Made by a program: the position numbers and the translations under genes. A DNA stretch of 64,000 bases. Source: a virus. Location of the stretch: IMG/VR virus record IMGVR_UViG_3300025645_000002, positions 6,742 to 70,741 of that record, one strand, 5' to 3'. The notes under the pieces are model-generated. The model was given only the letters and a program-made list of their open reading frames with translations, was not told the DNA's origin and did no database searches. Below, one piece after another: positions 9,135-17,464 of this stretch (positions within the stretch are counted from its first letter, which is position 1; the number at the start of each line of letters is the position of its first letter).

Positions 9135-9825
9135 TACGACCTCCATCATGGTTAAGGCGAGGTTCTCTTACCCAGCCCAGAAGCTCACGCACCTCTTCTC
9201 CAAAGAGGTCGGCGTTAGCCATCGCCTTCTCAACGCCACTGACCTCAACTCTGTCGAGATCGTGCAGCGTTCCCCCGTAATTATGCAAAGAGGAATAAGC
9301 AGTGCGGTTGTGCAATTCGATGTCAAACGCGCCTACCTTCGCTCTTACCTGTGCATTCAGGGATTTTGCCAACCGCGACTTCACCGCGGCTTGCGTACGC
9401 GCAAACAAGATCCTCACCGGGATCTCCCTACGCATCGACCGAGCCTCAAGATTTACTTGAGCCAGTGTCTCGATCGCTCCTTCGGCATCCGGCTGTTCGT
9501 CTCCCATGGGGATGATCACAAGATCACTCTCCCCCATGGCAAATGCATTCAGCCGGGTGGCCGCTCCTTCCAGGTCCAGAATAACGAAATTGAAGTCCCG
9601 GTCAGCGATCGCAATCGCATCATGGATTTCTCTCTCGCTCGTGCAAGACAGCACTCTGATATTCTCAGGAAGATTTGCTTTCGTGGCCCACGCCTTCAAG
9701 CGTTGAGCGGGATCTGCATCAATAACGCAAACCCGGCTTCGTTGAGCCAACGTGACGGCAAGTATAATTGCCGACGTGGTCTTACCAGCACCCCCTTTGG
9801 AGGATGCAAATGTGATGATCGCCAT
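9127..9825 (-). CDS. parA: ParA partition ATPase (short, type Ib)
   Basis: Deviant Walker A SSKGGAGKTT, IDADP, ILDLEG; no N-terminal HTH; GGAG RBS. Confidence 0.92.
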   Translation of the reverse strand: MAIITFASSKGGAGKTTSAIILAVTLAQRSRVCVIDADPAQRLKAWATKANLPENIRVLSCTSEREIHDAIAIADRDFNFVILDLEGAATRLNAFAMGESDLVIIPMGDEQPDAEGAIETLAQVNLEARSMRREIPVRILFARTQAAVKSRLAKSLNAQVRAKVGAFDIELHNRTAYSSLHNYGGTLHDLDRVEVSGVEKAMANADLFGEEVRELLGWVREPRLNHDGGRNG

Positions 9826-9888
9826 ACTCAGACTCCAGTTTCCCAATCAAAGCCGTGCTCCCACCATACACATACTTTTTTAGATTTG

Positions 9889-9918
9889 TGTATCAAATTG
9901 TATCAAACTGCATCAAAT
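9889..9918. repeat. Three tandem 10-bp repeats upstream of parA (candidate centromere/operator)
   Basis: TGTATCAAAT TGTATCAAAC TGCATCAAAT. Confidence 0.6.
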
Positions 9919-9980
9919 CACCCCAAATCGCTGCTTTCATGTAGTTTTTTGGGGTTTTTTCGTAAGGAAGGCCTTCTCTT

Positions 9981-10487
9981 ATGAGCTCCCCTACCGGTAT
10001 TTCTACCTCACACGACGAGATACACGCACTAGCTCTCATGGTTTCTGCTTCGCTGGATACCCCCCTTCACCTCATAAAGAGGGACGGTAAGCTCACCCAC
10101 GCTCTTATGCGTGTCCGTCAGCGCATCATACGGGAAGTGCATTCTGTGGGGCGTTACAAGCGCCAGACCATTGCCGACTTCTTCGGCCTTTCAATCTGCA
10201 CAGTGACGGCCTCCCTCACAGAAGAGCAGAAATGTAAGCCCCGCCCCTACACACCCGAAGAGGACGCCTTGATCGCCTCGATGCACCGTAGCGGAAGTTC
10301 GATCCCACAGATCCTCAAGCACATATCCTCCCGCTCAGCCTCCTCCATCCGCAGACGCTTGGCTCATCTCAAGAAAGGAGATCCATCGATCTCCCGTGAC
10401 CACCAGCCCACATATCTGGGATGCGTCCCTCCGTTAATGCTCGAGCTTGCTCGTCGAGAGAATGAACGGATGCGGAGTAATTTATAA
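9981..10487 (+). CDS. Putative DNA-binding regulator (DnaA-C-like HTH plus Myb/GcrA-like HTH)
   Basis: RVRQRII..QTIADFFGLSICTV and YTPEEDALI..GSSIPQI..RSASSIRRR. Confidence 0.55.
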   Translation: MSSPTGISTSHDEIHALALMVSASLDTPLHLIKRDGKLTHALMRVRQRIIREVHSVGRYKRQTIADFFGLSICTVTASLTEEQKCKPRPYTPEEDALIASMHRSGSSIPQILKHISSRSASSIRRRLAHLKKGDPSISRDHQPTYLGCVPPLMLELARRENERMRSNL

Positions 10488-10551
10488 CTCCCCATTCCGT
10501 TTTTTTGAGGGGGTCTTCCAGAAACTCCCACTCCTCAACGAAAGACATACC

Positions 10552-11925
10552 ATGACCTCCCTCAATCCTGACCAACTGAAGGCAGCCAATGCCTTCCTAG
10601 ACTTCATGCTCTCCGATGATATCTATGCCGTCATCACCGGCCCTGCTGGTGTCGGAAAGACCTTCCTCATGGAGCACCTCTCCAACAACGGTATGAAGAT
10701 GTACGCCGATGCATGTACTCTTATACAGGAAGAGCCAAAATACACTGAGACGCACTTCACAGCCACAACCAACAAAGCCGCTGAAGTTCTCGGTACATCC
10801 ATTGGCAAGCCTGTCAGCACCATCCACTCATTCTTGGGTCTCAAGATTCAACGGAACTTCGACACAGGCAAAGCCTTCTTAACCAAGTCGCGCAACTTCC
10901 ATATTCGCGAGGGTGTCGTCGTCTTCATTGACGAAGCTTCTACAATCGACACCGACCTCATGAAGTTTCTCGATATAGGCCTGCCTAATTGCAAGATTGT
11001 CTTTGTAGGTGATCACGCTCAGATGGCCCCGGTCAACGAAGACATCTCCCCCGCATTCCTTATCGGTAAGCCAGAGAACTGCTACACGCTGACCACGCCT
11101 GTGCGTAACGCCGATACCCCAGCACTCATGGCTCTTTGCCAGCAGCTGCGTGACACTGTCGAGACAGGTATCTTCAAGCCTATCGTGGCTGTCCCTGGCG
11201 TCATCGAGTACCTCACACCAGATCACATGGAAGAAGGTCTGGGGTACGTCTTCGAAGATCCCGATCCTTCTTGCCGTGTCCTGTGCTTCACAAATGACCG
11301 CGTCAAAGACTACAACGCCCACATCCGCGAAGATGTCCGCTCTCTTCCGGCGCACCTGACCGTAGGTGAAGCTGTCGTTGTCGGTGACTCCTACCAGCGC
11401 GGCCAACTCACATTCTCCGTCGAGCAGCAACTCACCATCACGTCTGTTGGACCTGACTTACCGACCGGCTACGAGTATGAGGGTGAGCCTGTCATGGCTC
11501 GTGACGTCGGCTTTGGTGATGCCGACCCTGACGCACCCTTCTTTGGCGCCCCCGTCTGCACCAACCCTCACGTCCTCAAGAGCGCCCTTGCAGTGGTCAA
11601 GCGGCGTAAGGACTGGCGCACCTTCTACGAGATGAAAGACCGCTTCCTGGATATCCGGGATAAGGCCTCTTGCACCGTCTATAAATCACAGGGCTCCTCC
11701 TACGATTTCGTCTTCGTGGATCTGGGGAATATCGGAACCTCTTTCGATGCCCAGCAGGTAGCGCGCATGATCTATGTCGCTGTCTCCCGAGCACGCCATA
11801 AGGTCTTCTTCTATGGTGAGCTCCCCAATCGCTACAACGACTCCAAAGGAGCTCAGCTATGGATCCCAAAGAATGGGCCGAACTCATCTCAGGAAAACTC
11901 CTCGAATACGACCGAGGCCGCCTGA
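10552..11925 (+). CDS. Dda/RecD-like SF1B DNA helicase
   Basis: LNPDQ, GPAGVGKT, IDEAS, GDHAQ, TVYKSQGS, YVAVSRA. Confidence 0.92.
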   Translation: MTSLNPDQLKAANAFLDFMLSDDIYAVITGPAGVGKTFLMEHLSNNGMKMYADACTLIQEEPKYTETHFTATTNKAAEVLGTSIGKPVSTIHSFLGLKIQRNFDTGKAFLTKSRNFHIREGVVVFIDEASTIDTDLMKFLDIGLPNCKIVFVGDHAQMAPVNEDISPAFLIGKPENCYTLTTPVRNADTPALMALCQQLRDTVETGIFKPIVAVPGVIEYLTPDHMEEGLGYVFEDPDPSCRVLCFTNDRVKDYNAHIREDVRSLPAHLTVGEAVVVGDSYQRGQLTFSVEQQLTITSVGPDLPTGYEYEGEPVMARDVGFGDADPDAPFFGAPVCTNPHVLKSALAVVKRRKDWRTFYEMKDRFLDIRDKASCTVYKSQGSSYDFVFVDLGNIGTSFDAQQVARMIYVAVSRARHKVFFYGELPNRYNDSKGAQLWIPKNGPNSSQENSSNTTEAA

Positions 11926-12350
11926 GTGAAAACAAAAGCGAACTGATTCTAAATCACGCAAAGTTAACCGGTAACCACACCGGTTTTCTTTTCGGGGGGA
12001 GATTCATCTCGAACTTGCCCCCGGTACAGCACCGGAATGTCGTCAAGAGCATGCTCCATCCCCTCCTCCATGATGACGCTCGTCTGTATCTTGATGACGT
12101 CAAGCTGGCCGATCGTGAAGAGATGCAAATTAGGCAGGGCGTCTATTCGCTCCTGCAGCACTGCAATGATTTTCAAGATGCCCGAGACGCTCTTCCTGAT
12201 GCCATCGTCAATCTCTTTCAAGCTTTGTCGATGTTCAAACGTACCCGGCCTGAAGCTTATCCCATCGCACATAGCGAGATCAAAATGCACAACTGGAAGA
12301 TCATTTCAGATGTCATTTTCACCCGCTTCGCCAGTGCCCTAATCAACTGA
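11859..12350 (+). CDS. Conserved N4-like hypothetical protein (gp38-like)
   Basis: Syntenic position between helicase and polymerase. Confidence 0.65.
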   Translation: MDPKEWAELISGKLLEYDRGRLSENKSELILNHAKLTGNHTGFLFGGRFISNLPPVQHRNVVKSMLHPLLHDDARLYLDDVKLADREEMQIRQGVYSLLQHCNDFQDARDALPDAIVNLFQALSMFKRTRPEAYPIAHSEIKMHNWKIISDVIFTRFASALIN

Positions 12351-12357
12351 GGCCCCC

Positions 12358-14379
12358 ATGCAATACCAGACATTCACAGACATCGAAGCTACCACCTACC
12401 CTGTTGCTGTTCTGGTTCCTAAGCTGGAAGTAGACGGCATCGTCCGTGAGTATCTGGATCCAAGCACAATCAATCCCCAAGACGTTGTCGCATACCAGCT
12501 TCATATCGCTGGCAAGACGACGCCTATGGTTGAGCAGAAAGCATTTCTCGATGAGATGCTGTCCATCTTTGAAGACTTGGAAACCAAGTACATCCTTGTC
12601 AGCGATCCCGCATACTTCAAAACACTCACCGGCGTGAATAAGGCAGACGCCTATCTTGGTTACGTCTTGCCAAATACCTACCCCGCTTCACAGGCCCACC
12701 GCTTCAATGTGATTTTCATCCCCAACTTCCGTCAGGTCTTCTATGACCCGCAGCGGACACGGAGCAGAATCACCCAGGCTCTGGACGCTCTTCACAGCCA
12801 CAGGAACGCGCATTACAGGCCCCCGGGCGATTCCATCATCCACTTCGAGGCCTACCCCAGCACAGTCACTGACATCGCTGCTTGGCTCCAGAAGCTCATG
12901 GACATGCCGTCCCTCACAGCTGACATCGAAGCCTTCTCTCTGCGTCATTACGATGCCGGTATAGGCACCATTTCTTTTGCATGGAACAAACACGAAGGGA
13001 TAGCCTTTCCCGTCGATCTGGGAACCAATCCAGTTGAGATACGCCGCCTTCTCGTCAAGTTCTTTCGTGAATACAAAGGCAATCTCAAATGGCACAACGG
13101 CAGCTATGATCTGACCGTCCTTATCTACCAACTCTTCATGGACGATATCTTGGACCAAGAAGGCCTGCTCACAGGTCTCGAAGTCATGGCGCAGCGCGAC
13201 TGGGACGACACCAAGCTCGTCGCCTATTTCGCAACCAACTCCTGCGCCGGCAACAAACTCAGCCTCAAAGATCAGGCGCAAGAGTTTGCAGGCAACTATG
13301 CTGAATCTGAGATCAAGGACATCACCAAGATCCCCCTGCCCGATCTCCTGCGCTACAATCTCGTTGACTCTCTGGCGACTTGGTATGTCTGGGACAAGCA
13401 CTGGGACACCCTGATCGCTGACGATCAGCTCACCACCTACACTGATCTCTTCATGCCTGCCCTCACGGACATCATTCAGATGCAACTGACAGGTATGCCT
13501 GTCGATATCAGCAAGGTCTCCTACGCCAGGGAAGCTCTTGAGATCGAAATGGCTGAGGCGGTACGCCGCATTCAGACAGAACCAGTGGTGCAAGCTTTCA
13601 CGTATGAGCTTGATATGGAGCACGTCGCCAAACGGAATGCGGCGCTCAAAACCAAGACCATCAAAATGGGCGAAGAGCCACAGGAGTTCAATCCTAACTC
13701 GGGTCCCCAGCTTATCCGGCTTCTCTACGAAGATGTCGGCTTACCTGTTCTTGAACGGACAGACACCAAGCTCCCTGCCACTGGCGGGGAAGTCTTGGAA
13801 AAGCTCAAGGCACATACCGAAGATCTCCAGATCATCAACTTGCTCGATGCTCTGATGAATTTCAAAAAGGTCGAGAAGATCCTGTCTTCTTTTATCCCGG
13901 CACTCGAAGGCTCCGTTCAGGGTCCTGATGGCTGGTACTACCTCTTTGGTTTCTTCAATCTTGGGGGGACTATCTCTGGTCGCCTGTCTTCCAACAGCCC
14001 CAATCTTCAGAACCTCCCTGCCAACTCCAAGTTTGCAAAAGTCATCAAAGACTGTTTCGTTGCGCCTGATGGACAACTGTTCATTGGTCTCGACTTTGCA
14101 TCACTTGAAGACAGGATCTCTGCTCTGACCACCAAAGACCCAAACAAGCTTGCCGTTTATACGGAAGGCTTCGACGGTCACTGCCTCCGGGCACAGAGCT
14201 ATTTCTCTGAAGAGATGCCTGACATCGAACGTGCGCCTGAAAATGCGCGCTGCTTTGAAGCCACGATCAATGGCTCCTCAGTCTTTTTCCATGAACATGA
14301 ATCTGTGACTTACCTCGGCCAATCTATGTCCGGTGGCGAGTTATGGGATCGTCTCTCCAACGTGCAGACAGCTGCATAA
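12358..14379 (+). CDS. Family A DNA polymerase, N-terminal part (3'-5' exonuclease to motif A)
   Basis: ADIEAF, HNGSYD, YNLVD, GRLSSNSPNLQN, DFASLEDR. Confidence 0.92.
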   Translation: MQYQTFTDIEATTYPVAVLVPKLEVDGIVREYLDPSTINPQDVVAYQLHIAGKTTPMVEQKAFLDEMLSIFEDLETKYILVSDPAYFKTLTGVNKADAYLGYVLPNTYPASQAHRFNVIFIPNFRQVFYDPQRTRSRITQALDALHSHRNAHYRPPGDSIIHFEAYPSTVTDIAAWLQKLMDMPSLTADIEAFSLRHYDAGIGTISFAWNKHEGIAFPVDLGTNPVEIRRLLVKFFREYKGNLKWHNGSYDLTVLIYQLFMDDILDQEGLLTGLEVMAQRDWDDTKLVAYFATNSCAGNKLSLKDQAQEFAGNYAESEIKDITKIPLPDLLRYNLVDSLATWYVWDKHWDTLIADDQLTTYTDLFMPALTDIIQMQLTGMPVDISKVSYAREALEIEMAEAVRRIQTEPVVQAFTYELDMEHVAKRNAALKTKTIKMGEEPQEFNPNSGPQLIRLLYEDVGLPVLERTDTKLPATGGEVLEKLKAHTEDLQIINLLDALMNFKKVEKILSSFIPALEGSVQGPDGWYYLFGFFNLGGTISGRLSSNSPNLQNLPANSKFAKVIKDCFVAPDGQLFIGLDFASLEDRISALTTKDPNKLAVYTEGFDGHCLRAQSYFSEEMPDIERAPENARCFEATINGSSVFFHEHESVTYLGQSMSGGELWDRLSNVQTAA

Positions 14380-14396
14380 ACCCAAAGGACTCTACC

Positions 14397-15008
14397 ATGT
14401 CTACACCCCGCCTTACCAACGACACGCGTGAAGCTATCATTTCAGGCATCATGACTCATGCTTTTGGAAAAGATCTTCAAATCCAGAAGGATACAGAGAT
14501 CCAGTTTTCCCATGATCTCTTCGAGTCTGTCTACAAAAACGACCTTGAGACATTGCGCACTGCAGGCTCTCACATGTTTCCGGAATCAAACTCTTTCCGC
14601 ATCAGTTTTGAGGGATCAACACAGCAATGCTCGTTTTATTCTGGTATTCAGAATGTCCATTTTTACGAATCTTGTGGGATATACCCCAGTAAACCAGAAA
14701 AATCTACTCGTCGTGTGCCTGATCAGGTCAAAACTTGGCGGCCCATCACTGTTCTGGATCCAAAGACCAAACTTGGAAAGCGTTTTGAGGCGCTTGAAAA
14801 GTCTCACGATGCTTTGCTGGAGCGCGTTGTTTCTGCTCATGCCAACGCCAAAGCCATTCTCACCAAAACTTCATCTTTCAAAAAACTCCTTGAGATCTGG
14901 CCTGAAATTGAAACCTTCGTGAAACCTTTCATGAAGAGCGAGACAACTGCTCAGGTTCCCATGATCCAGGTCGAAGCACTCAACACTTCTTTGGGTCTTC
15001 CAGCGTAA
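14397..15008 (+). CDS. Nmad5-like protein inserted between the polymerase halves
   Basis: RLTNDTREAII N-terminus and KKLLEIWPE...LNTSLGLP C-terminus resemble the Nmad5 family. Confidence 0.6.
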   Translation: MSTPRLTNDTREAIISGIMTHAFGKDLQIQKDTEIQFSHDLFESVYKNDLETLRTAGSHMFPESNSFRISFEGSTQQCSFYSGIQNVHFYESCGIYPSKPEKSTRRVPDQVKTWRPITVLDPKTKLGKRFEALEKSHDALLERVVSAHANAKAILTKTSSFKKLLEIWPEIETFVKPFMKSETTAQVPMIQVEALNTSLGLPA

Positions 15009-15018
15009 GGAGCCAAGC

Positions 15019-15783
15019 ATGCTGACTATCACTGATATGATCGACGAGATCTCTGAGACGTCAGCCTCTGCGCATGACGTCGCTCGGATCAACTCTGTCG
15101 CTACTCTCTATCCAAAGCAGCGGCAGATCTCCAAGACACCTACCTTCGCGCTCACTTATCAGGGCACCTTCGTCACGCTTATGGTCAAGTGCGGGTTCAC
15201 CAAAGAACTCGCCACGCAAATCTATGATAGATTCCATGGGCTTTACCGGGTCTCTGACGAGTGGGTCGATGCGCAGCTCAAGCAAGCCTCCAACACTGGC
15301 TACATCACCGCTGCATTCGGCCTCCGTGTGCGCACACCTCTGCTCAAGCAGGTTGTCATGGGAAACCGTGCTACGCCTTACGAGGCGGCCGCTGAAGGGC
15401 GCAGCGCAGGCAATGCGTTGGGACAGTCTTATTGTCTCCTCAACACACGGGCTTTGACCGAGTTTATGATCAAGGTCCGGGCACACCCGGAGTACCGCTA
15501 CCGCATCCGCCCTATCTCTCAGATCCACGACGCAACCTACATCCTCATCCCCGATGACATCGAGGTTCTGCGTTGGGTCAATAAGCACCTTGTCGAGGCT
15601 GTGGAGTGGCAGGACGATCCTGCCATTGCGCATGATCTCGTTAATCTGGGCGGAGAACTCTCTGTCTTCCACCCATCGTGGTCTCACGAAGCTGTCCTCA
15701 GCAATGGAGCCAGTGAAGACGACATCCGAACTGCAATTGCAGACCATCTCACCAAGCTACAGTCCAAAGGCATTGTAGTTTAG
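15019..15783 (+). CDS. Family A DNA polymerase, C-terminal part (motifs B and C)
   Basis: RQISKTPTFALTYQG, RSAGNALGQS, QIHDA; has its own AAGGAG RBS. Confidence 0.92.
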   Translation: MLTITDMIDEISETSASAHDVARINSVATLYPKQRQISKTPTFALTYQGTFVTLMVKCGFTKELATQIYDRFHGLYRVSDEWVDAQLKQASNTGYITAAFGLRVRTPLLKQVVMGNRATPYEAAAEGRSAGNALGQSYCLLNTRALTEFMIKVRAHPEYRYRIRPISQIHDATYILIPDDIEVLRWVNKHLVEAVEWQDDPAIAHDLVNLGGELSVFHPSWSHEAVLSNGASEDDIRTAIADHLTKLQSKGIVV

Positions 15784-15798
15784 AACCAAGGAATCCCT

Positions 15799-16125
15799 AT
15801 GTCCAAGAAATCCCCCCTCCCTGCTGCCGAAGCAAACGCCTACCATTTTCTAGCTGCGGCTCAGGTCCGCTACATCGACGAAGATGATCAGGTTAAAGAT
15901 CACACGCTGAACACCATGCTGCAGGGTACGAGCCCGCAGATTCATGCCCATGAATTGTCGGTCATCACCAAGTCCGCGCATCAGCGGGCTTGTCAGGAAC
16001 TGGGTATTGCCCCGAACAAAGTGACCAATATCACAATTCTCAACATCCAGCTTCTGAGCATCTGCCCCGAGTCTGTCTTTCACGGCACCGCAGCTGAGGC
16101 ACCTCCAAAATCTGAGGTGCACTGA
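15799..16125 (+). CDS. Hypothetical protein
   Basis: AAGGA RBS, co-oriented in operon. Confidence 0.65.
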   Translation: MSKKSPLPAAEANAYHFLAAAQVRYIDEDDQVKDHTLNTMLQGTSPQIHAHELSVITKSAHQRACQELGIAPNKVTNITILNIQLLSICPESVFHGTAAEAPPKSEVH

Positions 16126-16391
16126 TGGATTACGTCACGCATATTGAGCATGCCAGTATCTGGCTTCGCAAGTCCGGCGTCTACAAGCAGGCAAGATTGT
16201 TTGTCCGCGGTGAGGTCCTCTTTGCTGAAATGGGCTCTGGGTATATCCGTCTTCACGCATCCGGTGCGACATCTGTTCCCACCATGCATTGGCTCGAGAT
16301 TGATCCCAGCCCTGACTTCCGTCTGACCCATACGGACAGGCAACCTCCCGCCATTGAGCGGATCAGGCTTTCCACTCAGAAAGCTGCATAA
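16125..16391 (+). CDS. Hypothetical protein
   Basis: TGATG coupling to the upstream gene, GAGGTG RBS. Confidence 0.6.
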   Translation: MDYVTHIEHASIWLRKSGVYKQARLFVRGEVLFAEMGSGYIRLHASGATSVPTMHWLEIDPSPDFRLTHTDRQPPAIERIRLSTQKAA

Positions 16392-16492
16392 AGCTCTAAA
16401 TAGTCCCCGGCATCCATTTTTTCTGGTCAAAGCCGTTGTCGGGGGCTATCACCTCACACCACACCCCACCCAACCACATCAGGAGCATTGTC

Positions 16493-17464
16493 ATGACATT
16501 GTCCAACTACGCCGAAGTAAGCCTTCCCCTCGCTGTTTGGCTGGCTGCCGATGGCTATGACTTTCACCCCGGCATGACCCGCTCCATTTCGGCCACAGCT
16601 CTTCTTAAGCCGCCCCGTCAGATCCTCCTCAAGGAACGTCTGACCGAAGCTGATATAGAGCCAGCAGACGTATCCGACTTCATTGCCTCTCGTCTCGGCA
16701 GCACGATTCACGACGGTATCGAGAAGGCGTGGACGCACAACTACGCGTCATCCATGACGAAGCTGGGCTACCCGCAGAGTGTCATCGACAAGGTTGCTAT
16801 CAACCCCCCTGTCCCACGCCCCGGCATCTTCCCCATTTACCTGGAGCAACGCACATCCCGTGACTTCATGGGCTACAAAATCTCCGGCAAGTTCGACATG
16901 ATCATTGACGGCGAGCTTCACGACTTCAAATCCACGTCTGCTTACTCCGTCAAAAGCGATGACAAGCACGCGGATTACCGCCTTCAAGGCTCCATCTATC
17001 GTTGGCTCAACCGTGACAAAGTCACAGCCGATCACATGTACATCCACTTCATCTTCACAGACTGGCAGAAAGCTTTGGCCAGATCCTCGCCAACGTATCC
17101 CCAATCCCGTCTCTTCTCTCTGCGCATCGAACTCATGCCACTCGCAGAAATTGAGCAATGGATCGCTAACAAGATCAAATTGTTGGAAGACCATGCCGAA
17201 GAAGACGAGACTGATCTTCCATTCTGCACAGACGCTGAACTCTGGCGCTCTGCCCCTAAGTGGAAATACTTCTCAGACCCCGCCAAGGCCAAAGTACCTG
17301 GCGCCCGCTCATCAAAGAACTTTGACAGTGCTGCAGAAGCAGCTGCCCACCGTGCCTCTAAAGGCGGCGGAGCAGTTCTCGAAGTTCCCGGTCAAGTGAA
17401 AGCATGCGGCTATTGCCCTGTTTTCTCCATCTGCACCCAGAAAGATTTGTACGATCATGGATGA
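16493..17464 (+). CDS. PD-(D/E)XK / Cas4-like exonuclease (N4 gp42-like)
   Basis: RLGSTIH, SGKFD..DFKS, Q..IY, C-terminal CGYC..C. Confidence 0.82.
   Translation: MTLSNYAEVSLPLAVWLAADGYDFHPGMTRSISATALLKPPRQILLKERLTEADIEPADVSDFIASRLGSTIHDGIEKAWTHNYASSMTKLGYPQSVIDKVAINPPVPRPGIFPIYLEQRTSRDFMGYKISGKFDMIIDGELHDFKSTSAYSVKSDDKHADYRLQGSIYRWLNRDKVTADHMYIHFIFTDWQKALARSSPTYPQSRLFSLRIELMPLAEIEQWIANKIKLLEDHAEEDETDLPFCTDAELWRSAPKWKYFSDPAKAKVPGARSSKNFDSAAEAAAHRASKGGGAVLEVPGQVKACGYCPVFSICTQKDLYDHG

Noticed and set aside
14230-15080. Group I intron or split intein at the polymerase break
   Set aside because: No intron core sequences, homing endonuclease or Cys/His-Asn intein termini recognised
16493-17464. 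Cas4-like nuclease as evidence of CRISPR-Cas
   Set aside because: It is a conserved N4 replication-module gene; no other cas genes or arrays are present
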